This document shows, in pieces, positions 27,165 to 39,734 of a stretch of 64,000 nt of DNA. The stretch comes from Somniosus microcephalus (lineage: Eukaryota), in the NCBI GenBank assembly GCA_052327205.1, contig CM126212.1, positions 95,728,001 to 95,792,000 on the forward strand, given 5' to 3'. Both the position numbers and the translations under genes were made by a program. Position 1 is the stretch's first letter. Each line of letters starts with the position of its first letter. A model generated the notes under the pieces. That model had not been told where the DNA came from, searched no databases, and was given only the letters and a program-made list of their open reading frames with translations.

Positions 27165-27845
27165 ATCTTTAGCTCAGTGGTAACAGTCCTGCCTCTGAGT
27201 CAGAAGGTGCTGAGTTCAAACCCCACTCCAGGCAGACCTGAGGGAGTGCTGCACTGGCACAGGTGCCATCTTTCGGCTGAGATGTAAAACTGAGTTTTAC
27301 AAAAGTACTTTACTCATGACGAGCAACTCATGCTAGTTCTTGTTGCAATAGTCTGTTTTTTTAATAATATACACCCATATGTATTAAAATGTATATTCTG
27401 CTAGATTATTTTGTGTACGTTAAAGGCAAATTATATCTGCCCTCTCATGTGGGCGTAAAAGCTCCTATGACTATTTAAGAGCAGGGGAGATCTCCCCGGT
27501 GTCCTGGTCAATAATTACCCTCAACCAACATCACTAAAACATTATCTGGTTATTATCACATTGCCATGTTTCCTACATTACAACAGCGACTACACTTCAA
27601 AAGCACATCTCTAACTTTTTCCAATTCTGACAAAAGCTCATCGAGCTGAAACGTGAACTCTGTTTCTCTCTGCACAGATGCTACCTGACCTGTTAAGTAT
27701 TTCCAGCATTTTCTGTTTTTATTGCAGATTTCCAGCATCCGCAGTATTTTGCTTTTGCTTCAAAAGTAGTTAATTGGCTGCAAAGCGCTTTGGGACATCA
27801 TGAGGTTGTGAAAGGCGCTATAGAAATGCAAGTTCTTTCTTTCTA
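27165..27845 (+). mobile_element. SacSINE1-like DeuSINE, degraded and interrupted
   Basis: Head, Deu-domain pieces and the tail ...aaaggcgctatagaaatgcaagttctttctttc are collinear with 33931-34385. Interrupted by an AT-rich stretch (~27295-27435) and by the 27604-27757 insert. Confidence 0.75.
27604..27757 (+). mobile_element. Penelope-type terminal-repeat fragment with a degenerate hammerhead core
   Basis: Flanked by the 9-bp duplication CTTCAAAAG (27595-27603 and 27758-27766). Homologous to 31897-32025. Core reads CTGACAA-A-AGCT-catcg-AGCT-GAAA-CGTG. Confidence 0.65.
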
Positions 27846-28834
27846 ATATGGTTAGCTTGGTCTTTAGAATGAAGGGGTGCTGTAATGGGTCGTCTGAGGG
27901 GTTTTAAAATGAGCAGGTAAAGTGTAAAGGTCCACCCGCTCCCCACCCACTGACTATAATTATATGACAGACCACGTGCACTGCCAGTGGTGGGTGTCCA
28001 AAATCCTGCTACAAATTGTGACAATCTGGCGAAGTTATACTGCACCAGAGACCTGCAAAGAAAGAAAATCAGTCCAGCACTAAACCTACAACATAACTGG
28101 GACATTGCACTGACTATTGGCCTATACCGTAAGTGCAGTTATTTAAAAATTATATTAAAAGATTTATTTATTTTAATTTGATTTTATATCAATTATTTAG
28201 AAGCCAAGTGTTATTGTAGATAACAATGTGTGCGTGTGATCTCCTGGTCTGGTTTCCATCGCCTCAGTGGGTTGGAGGGGAATTTTCCAGAGTATTTTTT
28301 CCCTTATTGGCCCCGGGTCTTGGCCTCTCCCAGGAGGTTACATGTCCATGGTGAGTGAAGGGTAGGGAGGAAGTGGATGATGGAGCAGCTGATCTTTTTC
28401 TGCTCGTCTAATAGAGGATGCATTAAAACCCCCTAGGAGTTTGTGAGCTGCCCTCACCTCTTTTGAAGAATTTACCACCACCTCAGATGAGATTAAAGTT
28501 TGGGCCATGTGCAGATTATAAAACAGTATACAGTATTTTAATCATTTATCATGACATAGTAAAAAACCCTCTAGCCCATGATTCAATGACCTATCACATT
28601 TTTAAAAATGAATTCTAATTGTTCAGCTCTGTGGCAGTAATAGTAACAAACTCGCCAGCTCCTGTCAAATCTTCCCCAGATCAACCATCTAATGCTGAGA
28701 AGAGCATGTTATGAAAATCATGTTGAAAGCATTCAACATGTTAAGGAGTGGGGTCATTAAACATCCAGATGTATATTAGTGCCTTTTCTTTTCCCTTGCA
28801 AATTTTCTCTCCTCCCTCGCGCTCCTCTCCAAAA

Positions 28835-29305
28835 CTCTGCTGCCCATGTCCTAACTCACACCAAGTCCCATTCTCCTATCACCCCCTGTGCTCACTGACC
28901 TACATTGGCTTCCGGTCAGGCAATACTCAAATTTAAAATTCTCATCCTTTCAAATCCCTCCATGGCTTTGCCCCTCCCTATCTCTGTCACCTCCTCCAGC
29001 CCCACAACCCTCCCCTACCCCGAGATCTCTGCGCTCCTCTAATTCTGGCCTCTTGAGCATCCCTGATTTTAAGTGCTCCACCGTTGCCGAGGCTCAAAGC
29101 TCGGGAATTCCCTCCCTAAACCTCTCTGTCTCTCCTCCTTTAAGACATTCCTTAAAACCTAGCTCTTTGACCAAGCTTTTGGTCACCTGTCTCCTTACGT
29201 GGCTCGGTGTCGAATTTTGTTTGATAACGCTCCTGTGACGCGTGTTGGGACGTTTTACTATGTTAAAGGCGCTGTATAAATACAGGTTGTTGCTGTTGTT
29301 GTTGC
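28835..29305 (+). mobile_element. L2-clade LINE 3' fragment
   Basis: LTDLHWLPV motif typical of the L2 ORF2 C-terminus. Tail aaaggcgctgtataaatacagg(ttg)n resembles the DeuSINE tail. Confidence 0.75.
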
Positions 29306-31039
29306 GTTGGCTCCTTGCTCAGACGTGGTTATACCAGTGTTATGTGACTTACCCCGCCCAAATGACCATCTGTGAGCCCCGAGAGTAAGTAGGGGCAGGC
29401 TTTAACCTATTTATTTTTAAAGAAGAGCACTGTTATTTGAACCTTACATCTATCTTAAAAGGACATTTCAAAATCACCAGAGGCACTGAGGGACAAAGTC
29501 AAATGTAGAAACTTATTATGCCAAGAGTTAAATAGGATCTTTACACAATAGCAGTCGTAATCTCAACTACTGTTCCTAAATATTTGCAAGACTTTTTGTC
29601 CTACCGCAGTCCTGGCTTACTTTAACATTGATAATTAACTATCAGAATAGGTCACTTAACCAAACCCCTGTGCTGCATCACTTCAAGAAATCTCACTGTC
29701 CACCAGTGTATCTGTTACTGAGCACGTTTCTTACTCTGATATCACACTGTAAAACATACTACCAATGGTTCAAAAATCTACAACGTGATTTTGATTTAAA
29801 TTATGATTAATTTTTTTGAGAATAATTGAGATTTTGACTTCCCTCAAAGAATTGGAACTCGGGGTTGAAATAATTTGGGAGGGCAAAATATCAGTTGCAC
29901 CTTTTCTGTGAATGATAGTTTTTCACTAGCAAGGAGTGAACTTTAAACATATACTGCACCACTGACGTCTGTTTGTGTGGAATGTTTGATTGCTGTTTAA
30001 TCTTTTAACGTTTACATAATTAACAAGCTGTTTTAACAGCAGTGCAGAACTTCATGATGGTGTGCGCCAAAGCAACACTTGTAGAAATAATGGATAAGAA
30101 ACTAAGGAGATTACTTGTTTTTCAATCTGCCCTAAAGCAGGACAGAAGAGCTCATTCCGAGACAGTGAGCCACTTTCGCTGCCTTTGACCTTTTGGTCCG
30201 AATAAATCTTCCACCTTTAGCAGTGCTGCATCAGGTGTGAAAGAACCTGTATCCCTCAATTGGTGCTGGCAAGAGAACTGTTTTAATTCACCAGTTACAA
30301 TTCTAAATGGAAAGCCTATTAATTCCCTGCTGCGTACCAATTCTGCCAGCCTGTTTGGGGTTCTGTTGTAAATATATCTGAGCTGAACAAACTATAACTG
30401 CTAGTCCCTCTGCATTCTAATCCCAGTTCACATGGGATTGTGATGACATGTAACAGGTGCAATTGTTACTTCAGCTTATCTGCAAACAGCTAGGACCAGC
30501 TGGCTAATGGTATTGTTCTAGGTCAATGATTTTCTCCCTGCCTCCCCTCACCCTATTTGAAAATGATTTTTCTCCTCTCTTTCGGACCCCCACCCTCCAC
30601 TCCATTATCTGACTTGATGCATACAACAATCTGCTTCCTGAGAGACCGGCCTTTGCTTAGGGTTTTTTTTTTTTTTTTAAATAAGCACCCCTTCCGTGTA
30701 GGGAAATGCCTTGCCTCTTCTTGGCATCTTCCGCTAATGGAGAGGCCATGGGAGGAGTTGGACCTCACCATGTAGGAGAACGTGTGGCAAACCTGCATCC
30801 TGCTGCTCCACGATGCATTGTGTAGACACGACCCTGACACTACTTTGCCTTGCTTTTTATTCAGTTGAATTGAGCAATTTGTTTTTTTATTCCTGTGCTG
30901 TTTGCATTTTAGTCAGTCATCGCGCTGCACACCGACACAGTGGGACCAAGTTCCAGTTTCGCCAAAGTGTGAGACTAATCACACACTCTCAGCTCCTGTT
31001 GATCTTAAAGAGGGCATTGTGAAGATGAACTTCAATTTC

Positions 31040-31355
31040 ATAGAACATAAAAGGTTAAGGGGAGATTTAATAGAGGCATTCAAAATTATGAGGGATTTTG
31101 ATGGAGTCAATAAGGAGAAACTGTTTCCACTGGCAGGAGGGTCGGTAACCAGAGGAGACAGATTTAAGATAATTGGCAAAAGAACCAGAGGGGAGATGAG
31201 GAGAATTTTTTTATGCAGCAAGTTGTTATGATCTGGAATGCGCTGCCTGAAAGGGTGGCAGATTCAATAGTAGCAGGGGAGTGGGACTAATTGAACACCT
31301 CTTTCAAAGAGCCGGCACAGGCACGATGAGCCGAATGGCCTCCTTGGCTGTATGA
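31040..31355 (+). mobile_element. CR1 LINE 3' fragment
   Basis: RLRGDLIEAFKIM...LFPLAGGSVTRG is the CR1 ORF2 C-terminus; 3'UTR contains gccgaatggcctcc. Confidence 0.85.
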
Positions 31356-31863
31356 AAGTGTGATCTCAAATGATTAAAGCCACTTTTAAGCATATTTAAG
31401 AAAACAAATCCCTTTTCAGTAATTATTGATTTTGACACACAAAAATGCTTTAATTTCTTTAATCTATCATGTTAGGAAACCAGCTTGTAAACCACAGAAC
31501 AAACATAATTGTCTGAAAAATCTTGTTTTTAATCACAATTGACTCGTGGAAATGCAAAGAGAAATATTTTTACATCTCACCTTTGGTTTTAAAACTGTGC
31601 ATAGTGTAAAAGAAAACTATTGTACGATATGTCCTCCTCCTACCAAACTACAGAAATTAAATCTTAAAAATGCCACACAAGACCTATTGCCTTTAAAACT
31701 CAAAGTTTCTCTAAACATGGGGGGGGGGGGATCTACTCTGTGTAATGAAGTTACAAGATCACGTGCACAATGCCCATTCACAATTCGCTTTTCCCCCCTC
31801 ACCCTCTCCCTCCCTGATACAATAATCAGGACAGAAACTTCCAGCACCTTGCAAATAAATAGG

Positions 31864-32210
31864 TGAACAAAATGTAGCATCTGTGGAGCGAGAAACCAGT
31901 TCTGATGAAAGGTCATCAACCTGAAGCGTTAACTCGGTTTCTCTCCCACAGATGTTGCCTGACCTGCTGAGTGTTTCCAGCATTTTCTGTTTTAATCTTG
32001 GATTTCCAACATCCGCAGTATTTTGCCTATGAACAAAATGTAGCATCTGTGGAGAGAGAAACCAGTTCTGATGAAAGGTCATCAACCTGAAACGTTAACT
32101 CTGTTTCTCTCCCCACAGATGTTGCCTGACCTGCTGAGTGTTTCCAGCATTTTCTGTTTTAATCTCGGATTTCCAACATCCGCAGTATTTTGCTTATGAA
32201 CAAAATGTAG
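31864..32210 (+). mobile_element. Tandem dimer (166 + 167 bp) of a Penelope-type terminal-repeat fragment, each unit with a minimal hammerhead ribozyme core
   Basis: TGAACAAAATGTAG occurs three times (31864, 32030, 32197). Cores read CTGATGA-A-AGGT-catca-ACCT-GAA(G/A)-CGTT at 31902-31930 and 32068-32096. Confidence 0.7.
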
Positions 32211-32414
32211 ATGGGCTACAGCAAGTAGGTTTATTTGGAATTAAAATTGCAAAGAAATTGCAACTGTAAAGGGAAAACTAGAACTCCTTTGCAACTTTAC
32301 TTTCAGCAACATGTGCAGCACGGGTGCAGCAGCACTACTGGTCTCAGACTGGTCCGTGTTCAAATGTACAGCAGTTGGGTGGACCAGAGTTATACTGCCA
32401 CTCAGCTATGTTAA

Positions 32415-32800
32415 AATTTAAAAATTCTCATCCTTGTTTTCAAATCCATCCATAGCCACGCATGAGGATGGCCCTATCTCTGTATTATCTCCTCCAGCCC
32501 TGAAACCCTCCCAGGTCTCTGCACTTCTCCAATTCTGGCCTCTTGCGCATCCCTGATTTTAATCGCTCCACCATTGGTGGCCGTGCCTTCAGCTGCTGAG
32601 GCCCTAAGCTCTGGAATTCCCTCCCTAAACCTCTCCACCTCGCTCTCCTACTTTAAGACGCTGCTTAAAACCTACCTCTTTGACTAAGCTTTTGGTCACC
32701 TGTCCAAATATCTCATGTGGCTCGGTGTCAATTTTGTTTTATAACGCTGCTGTGAAGCGCCTTGGGATGTTTCACTACGTTAAAGGTTGTTGTTGTGTTT
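32415..32800 (+). mobile_element. L2-clade LINE 3' fragment
   Basis: Collinear with 28930-29300 (aaaattctcatcctt...aattctggcctcttg...aagcttttggtcacctgtc...gttgttgttg). Confidence 0.75.
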
Positions 32801-33930
32801 TTTTCAGAGCAGTAGAGAAGCTGGTTCAGTTGCTCAGGACATGCACAAACTGCAGACACTGGCATGATGATGCACAGCAGGGATGATGGGTCAGATCATG
32901 CATTATGAAATGTCGGGTGCAAATCTGTTTGAAAAGAACGCGATGGGTGCCACTTTTTGAGCAAAAGAACTGGACTCATTGGTGGGGGGAGAAACAAACC
33001 AAAGATTGCTGTGGACACTCCTAAGCTCCAGTGAGCTGGAGTTATACTGCCAACTGTGGCCTGGAACATGGGTCCAACTGAAGGGGGTTTCTCTCCTCCT
33101 ACTGCAGGGTCAGACTGCGATCTGGCTGGAAAACTGCACCATCACTTTTGCATATCTGTAAAGTCGACACTCCTCTGCATCAATGCATAAGTAGCAGCGT
33201 AGTTGCATCGTAATATAACTGCTGTACCTCGATCTTCTCTTAGAAAAGACGAAAGGATTTAGAAATCAAAAATACATTTTTCCCCTCCATCCCTCCTCAC
33301 AGCTCAGTCTATTTTTTTCAAGAAGCCACTAAATGGTTAATATGCAAGTACTTTCAAAAATCTTCCAGTACATTTAAACGTTGCACTTTACTTTTTGTGG
33401 TTTCAGTTCGATGCTATTATCAATTATGCAAAAATAAAAGGTGTGTTCACTGGGGAATTTGAATGTACCGTAGGTAGTTTGAAATAATTGGAGAGCTATT
33501 CCATTGCTTTTCACAAACAGTTTCAAATGAATAAAGAACAGTAGTGTTTGAGGCAGTGAAATGCAGCATTCTAACACAGCACTGTAAATGGGGTATCGTT
33601 AAATGCTGTGGCCAGCACTGTGTATCGAGGCTAGGGCCAGGTCTTCTTTCCGCAGTGCTGCATGTGTCTCAAATTTACATTTATTTTGCGCTGAAGCAAT
33701 TAGGTAAATGAAACGCTCTCCATTTTCGACAGCACCAAGCACTCCTGGGTCAAGTACAGCATGGGTTAGAAACTGAGCAAATCTCTCAAACCACTGCATC
33801 AACAGTGTGCCTGAATCTTAACTTCAGAAGAGCACAGCAACATTAACAGCTCCATTCCCACATCAGGGCTGTCCAGGTGTGTCTTTCCCCCACCCCTCGG
33901 ATTTTCCCTCCCTCATGCTGGGAGACACAA

Positions 33931-34385
33931 GGTGTTAGCCTTGGCTCAGTGGGTAGCTCGCTCACCTGAGTTAGAAGGTCGTGGGTTCAAGTCCCACTCC
34001 AGGTACTTTGAGCATATAATCTATCCTGACACTCCCAGTGCCAGTACTGAGGGAGTGCTGCACTGTTAAAGGTGTCCTCTTTCAGGTGAGATGTTAAACC
34101 GAGGCTCCGTCTACCCTCTCAGGTGGACGTAAAAGATCCCATGGCTTTATTTTGAAGAGGAGCAGGGGCTCCTGGCCAATATTTGTCCCTCAACCAACAC
34201 CTAAAAACACAGATTATTTGGTTATCACATTGCTGTTTGTGGGAGCTTGCTGTGTGAAAATTGGCTGCCGCATTTCCTACATTACAACAGTGACTACACT
34301 TCAAAAATACTTCATTGGTTATAAAGCACTTTGGGATGCCCTGAGGTCATGAAAGACGCTATATAAATGCAAGTTCTTTCTTTTC
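33931..34385 (+). mobile_element. SacSINE1-like DeuSINE, full length
   Basis: tRNA-like head (tggctcagtgg...ggttcaagtcc), Deu domain (gagatgttaaaccgagg...aaagatcccatggc...cctggccaa) and tail atataaatgcaagttctttc. Confidence 0.85.
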
Positions 34386-35176
34386 TATAATTTCTGCCTT
34401 CCTGTTAATACGGTCAGACTGGAACTAGAACTGAAAAATCTGCGTCCACCCTGTAACGCTGGGTGTGCGTGTACTAATGTTCAGCGCCACCACAATAACC
34501 CCAGCAGGCTGCATTTATATTTTAAAAACACTGATTAAATGTGTAATCTCGAACACTAGCGCAGCTTGGCACTCAGAATTCTCTATCAGCTTTACATTAA
34601 GCAAGGAAAATATTGTACCTTCGCATTATTTTTAACCCAAGGACATATTGTCAAGCCTCGTTATTATAGAAACTACAAAGTGATTTTTTTTTAATGTTCC
34701 ATGAACAAAACCTCTTGTTCTGTCACTACCTCTAAGATCTGTGCTGTTTCAACATTTCGGAATCACTGATGGCAGTGGCCGGAGAGGTTTCCAATTCAGC
34801 ACTCACCAGCTTGCGATTTTCGAGAAAGTCCCAGTTAGTGTCACCTGTTTTTTTTATGGATGCTCAATCCAGCGCAGGCAGCTATTCCCAGGAGAGAGTT
34901 GGTCCCCTTAACATTCCAGGATATTGGTGATGGAGTGGGAATCCCCATTTTTTTTTCCAAGCTGTCAAATTCAACCAGAAATGGTGGTTGGGTGGGGGCG
35001 GGGAGGGGGCACTTCTTAAATCGGCCAGCCACCCAACTCCTTGCAGGCATCACCGAGAGAGGCAGGACTTGCAGGATGGCATCATCCGCCAGTTTCAATT
35101 CCGTTGCCCCCAGCACTAAGTACTCTTGAATGATGTTAATAATTTTGCTGACCTACAGTAGCTCCTGGTCTGGCAA

Positions 35177-35283
35177 TGTTACAACAGTGACCACACTTCA
35201 AAAGTACTTAATTGGCTGTGAAGCACTTTGGGACGTCCAGAGGCCGTCAAAGGCACTATACAAATGCAAGTCTTTACTTTCTT
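35177..35283 (+). mobile_element. 3' fragment of a SacSINE1-like SINE
   Basis: ttacaacagtgaccacacttcaaaagtac...caaatgcaagtctttac matches 34281-34385. Confidence 0.75.
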
Positions 35284-35494
35284 ACCTTTGTTTCGAATTT
35301 ACTCCCGCCCCCCCCGCCAACACATGGGTGTGATGATGTTCAATTTCTCCCTGGGGTCTCTGATACATGACTGAACTGTCTATATCTGCCAACAAGCACT
35401 GCTAGTTTCAGTGTTTGTTAAACTGTGGTAGAGGTAATAACAACTTGAATTATTTACACTGCACCTTTAAATGTAGAAAATGTCACAAGTTGGG

Positions 35495-35850
35495 AAAATA
35501 GGAACAGGAAGGGCCATTCAGCCCCTCGAGCCTGTTCCTTCCTTCAATTAGATCATGGCTGATCTGCACCTCAACTTCATTTACCCACTTTGCTCCATAT
35601 CCCTTGATATCCATACCTAACAAAAATCTATTAACGAAAGCTCCAATTGACCCCCCAGCATCCACGGCCTTTTGGGGGAGAGAGTTCCAGATTTTCACTA
35701 CCCTTTGTGTGAAGGAGTGCTTCCTGACATCACCCCTGAACGGCCTGGCTCTAATTTTAAGGTTATGCCTCCTTGTTCTGGACTCCCCCACCAGAGGAAA
35801 TAGTTTCTCTATCTACCCGACCATTTTAAAAACCTCAATTAGATCACATT
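35495..35850 (-). mobile_element. CR1 LINE 3' fragment
   Basis: GESRTRRHNLKIRARPFRGDVRKHSFTQRVVKIWNSLP (ORF 35483-35791). Confidence 0.85.
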
Positions 35851-35869
35851 TCGATTTTAGAAATTAACA

Positions 35870-38800
35870 AACATAAGAAGTAGGAGCAGGAGTAGGCTAT
35901 TCAGCCCCTCAAGCCTGCTCCGCCATTCAATAAGATCATGGCTGATCTTCGACCTCATCTCCACTTTCCTGCACTATCCCCATAGCCCTCGATTCCCTTA
36001 ATATCCAAAAATCTATCGATCTCTGTCTTGAATATACTCAACGACTGAGCCTCCACAGCCCTCAGGGTTAGAGAATTCCAAAGATTCACCACCCTCTGAA
36101 TGAAGAAATTTCTCATCACAGTCCTAAATGGCTGACCCCTTATTCTGAGACTGTGACCCCTGGTTCTAGATTCCCCAGCCAGGGGAAACATCCTCCCAGC
36201 ATCTACCCTATCAAACCCTGTAAGAATTTTGTATGTTTCAATGAGATCTCTTCTCATTCTTCTAAACTCCAGAGAATATAGGCCTAGTCTACTCAATCTC
36301 TCCTCATGGGACAATCCCCCCAAATATCCCAGAAATCAGCCTGGTGAACCTTGATTGCACTCCCACTATGGCAAGTATATCCTTCCTTAGGTAAGAAGAT
36401 CAAAACTATACACAATACTCCAGGTGTGATCTCACCAGGGCCCTATATAATTGCAGTAAGACGTCTTTACTCTTATACTCAAATCCTCTTGTAATAAAGG
36501 CCAACATACCATTTGCTTTCCTAAATGCTTGCTGTACCTGCATATTAACTTTCAGTGATTCGTGTACAAGGACACCCAGGTCCTTCTGAACGCCAACATT
36601 TCCCAATCTCCCACCATTTAAAAAATACTCTGCTTTTCTATTTCTCCACATTATATTCCATTTGCCATGTTCTTGCTTGTCTATATCCCCTTGAAGCCTC
36701 TTTGCATCCTCTTCACAACTTACATTCCCACCCAACTTTGTATCATCAGCAAACTTGGATATATTACATTTAGTCCCCTCATCCAAATCATTGATATAGA
36801 TTGTGAATAGCTGAGCCCCAAGCACTGATCCTTGTGGTACCCCACTAGATACAGCCTGCCAACCCGAAAATGGCCCGTTTATTCCTACTCTGTTAACCAA
36901 TCCTCAATCCATGCTAGTACATTATCCCCAATCCCATGAACCCTAATTTTGTTTAACAACCTCTTGTGTGGCACCTCAGCGAATGCTTTCTGAAAATCCA
37001 AATACACCACGTCCACTGGTCCCCCTTATCTATTCTGCTAGTTTCAGTCCCATTAATTTCTCCAGTACTTTTTTTTTTTTTTTTTAAACCTACTACTAAT
37101 TTCTTTCAGTTCCTCATTCTCGTTAGACCCTTGGTTCTCCACTATTTCCGTGAAGGTTTTTGCGTCTTCTTCTGTGAAGACAGACACAAAGTATTTGTTT
37201 AATTTCTCTGCCATTTCCTTATTCCCCCATTATAATATTTCCTGTCTCAGCCTGTAAGGGACTCACATTTACTTTTGCTAATCTTTTCCTTTTTACATAC
37301 CTATAGAAGCTTTTACAGTCTGTTTTTATGTCTCTCGCTAGTTTACTCTCATTCTATTTTCCCTTTCATCATCAATTTCTTGGTCCTCCTTTACTGAATT
37401 CTAAAATCCTCCCAATCCTCAGGCTTACTACTCTTTTTGGCAACATTATAAGCCTCTTCTTTTGATCTAATGCTATCTTTAACTTCTCTTGTTAGCCACA
37501 GTTGGACCACTTTTCCTGTGGGGTTTTTGTGCCTTAAAGGAATGTATATTTGGTGTAAATGATGTATTCATTCTTTAAATGCTAGCCAATGCTTGTCTAA
37601 ATCGCCCCTCATGCCTACGTAGTTTACTTTGTTTAGATTTAAAACCCTAGTTTCAGATTTAACCAAATCACTATCAAACTCAATATAAAATCCTATCATA
37701 TTATGGTCCCTCTTCCCGAAAGGCCCCTTTACTACAAGGTTATTAATTAACCCTTTCTCGTTGCACAATACTAGATCTAAAATAGCCTGTTCCCTAGCTG
37801 GTCCCTCAACATACTGATCTAGAAAACTATCCTGCATACATTCCATGAATGTCCTCCACACTATCACTGCACATTTGATTTGCCCAGTCTTTATGTAGAT
37901 TAAAGTCCCCCATGATTATTGTATTACCCTTGTTACATGCACCTCTAATTTCCTGATTTATACTCTGCCCTACATTACAACTACTGTTTGGGGGGGTCTA
38001 TAAACAACTCCCACCAATGTTTTCTGCCCTTTGCTGTTTCTTAGCTCCACCCAAACTGATTCTACTTCTTGATTTTCAGAGCTAAGATCCTTTCTCTCTA
38101 CTGTCTTTATCCCATCCTTTATTACCAAGGCTCCCCCTCCTCCTGTTCCATTTTGCCTATCTCTTCTGAAAGTTAAGTATCCTGGAATATTTAGTTCCCA
38201 ATTTTGGTCACATTGCAATCACGTCTCCGTAATGGCTATTAGATCAAACCTATTAATTTCAATCTGCGCTATTAATTTATCTATTTTGTTGCTAATGCTT
38301 TACGCTTTCCCATATAGTGCCTTTAGCTTTGACTTTTTTCTATTTTTCCCTGATATCACCTTAGTCACTGATGCCTTATTACCTTTGTTACTCTCTGTCC
38401 CTTCCTGACCCACTCAGCTTATTTTTACCCAAAACTCTACTCTGCTCTAGAGCCTTGACATTTCTCTCGCTGCTTTTAAATTTACTCTTTCCTGAATCCT
38501 TCCCCCCGCCCCCCCTCCACCACTTCATTAGTTTAAAGCCCTGTCCACTGCCCTAGTTATTCAGTTCGCCAGGACACTGGTTCCAGCCCGATTTAAGTGG
38601 AGCCCGTCCCAACGGAACAGCTCCCTCTTTCCCCAGTACTGGTGCCAGTGCCCCATGAACTGAAACCCCTTCCTCCCACACCACACTTTCAGCCACGCAT
38701 TTAAACCTCTAATCGGTTTGTCCCTTTGCCAATTTGTGCGTGGCTCAGGTAACAATCCAGAGATTATTACCTTTGAGGTTTTGCTTTTTAATTTGGATCC

Positions 38801-39720
38801 TAGCTCCTCAAACTCCCTCAGCAGAACCTCTTTCCTAGTTCTACCGATGTCGTTGGTTCCTACGTGGACCATGACAACTGGATCCTCCCCCTCCCACTCC
38901 AAGTTCTTCTCCAGCCGCGAGGAGATGTCTTTAACCCTGGCACCGGGCAGGTGACACAACCTTCAGAACTCTCGGTTGCGGCTGCAGAGAACAGTATCTA
39001 TCCCCCTGACCATACTGTCCCCTACCACAACTACATTCCCTTTCACTCCCCCCACTTGAATGGCCTCCTGCACCATGGTGCCATGGTCAGCTTGCTCATC
39101 CATCCTGCAGGCTTTTCCCTCATCCACACAGGCAGCAAGAACCTCATACCTGTTGGACAAGGGCAAAGGCTGAAGCTCCTCCAGCACTGCACCTGGGGTC
39201 CCCTTACCTGCCTGAGTTACAGTCACGCCCTCCTGTCCCTGACCACTAACCAGACCTGTACCACTACTTAACCTAAGGGGTGTGACTGCCTCCTGGATCA
39301 AAGTGGCCAGGTAACTCTCCCCATCCCTGATGCCAGAATCACAGAAACCCCACAGTGCAGATAGAGGCCATTTCGGCCCATCGAGCCTGCACCGACACAT
39401 ATCCCACCCGATCCCCGTAACCCCTACACCAACACATATCCCACCCTATCCCCGTAACCCCACGTATTTAATCCCCCTAACACAAAGGGTCAATTTATCA
39501 TAGCCAATCAACCTAACCCGCACATCTTTGGACTGTGGGAGGAAACCGGAGCACCCGGAGGAAACCCACGCAAACACGGGGAGAATGTGCAAACTCCACA
39601 CAGACAGTCACCCGAGGCCGGATTCGAACCCGGGTCCCTGGCGCTGTGAGGCAACAGTGCTAACCACTATGCCACCGTGCTGCCCACAATGTCTGCACCT
39701 CAGACCCCAGCTCAAAAACT
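35870..39720 (-). mobile_element. Decayed CR1 LINE: ORF1 (SGNH esterase) plus ORF2 (APE endonuclease, RT), with internal deletions
   Basis: In order: VVVGDSMVRG, HVGTND, DGLHLN (esterase); LNIPGY..FRRDR, GVVYRPP, LDLVLCN (endonuclease); [17 protein letters not shown] (RT); then the CR1 3'UTR. Many stops and frameshifts. Confidence 0.9.
39334..39685 (-). mobile_element. HE1-like SINE, full length, nested in CR1 ORF1
   Basis: Near-identical reverse complement of 2941-3292. Confidence 0.9.
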
Positions 39721-39734
39721 CTGAGCTGAAGCTT

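Noticed and set aside
34841-35129. Overlapping ~90-aa ORFs on both strands
   Set aside because: No recognisable homology or convincing splice sites; probably an old repeat or chance.
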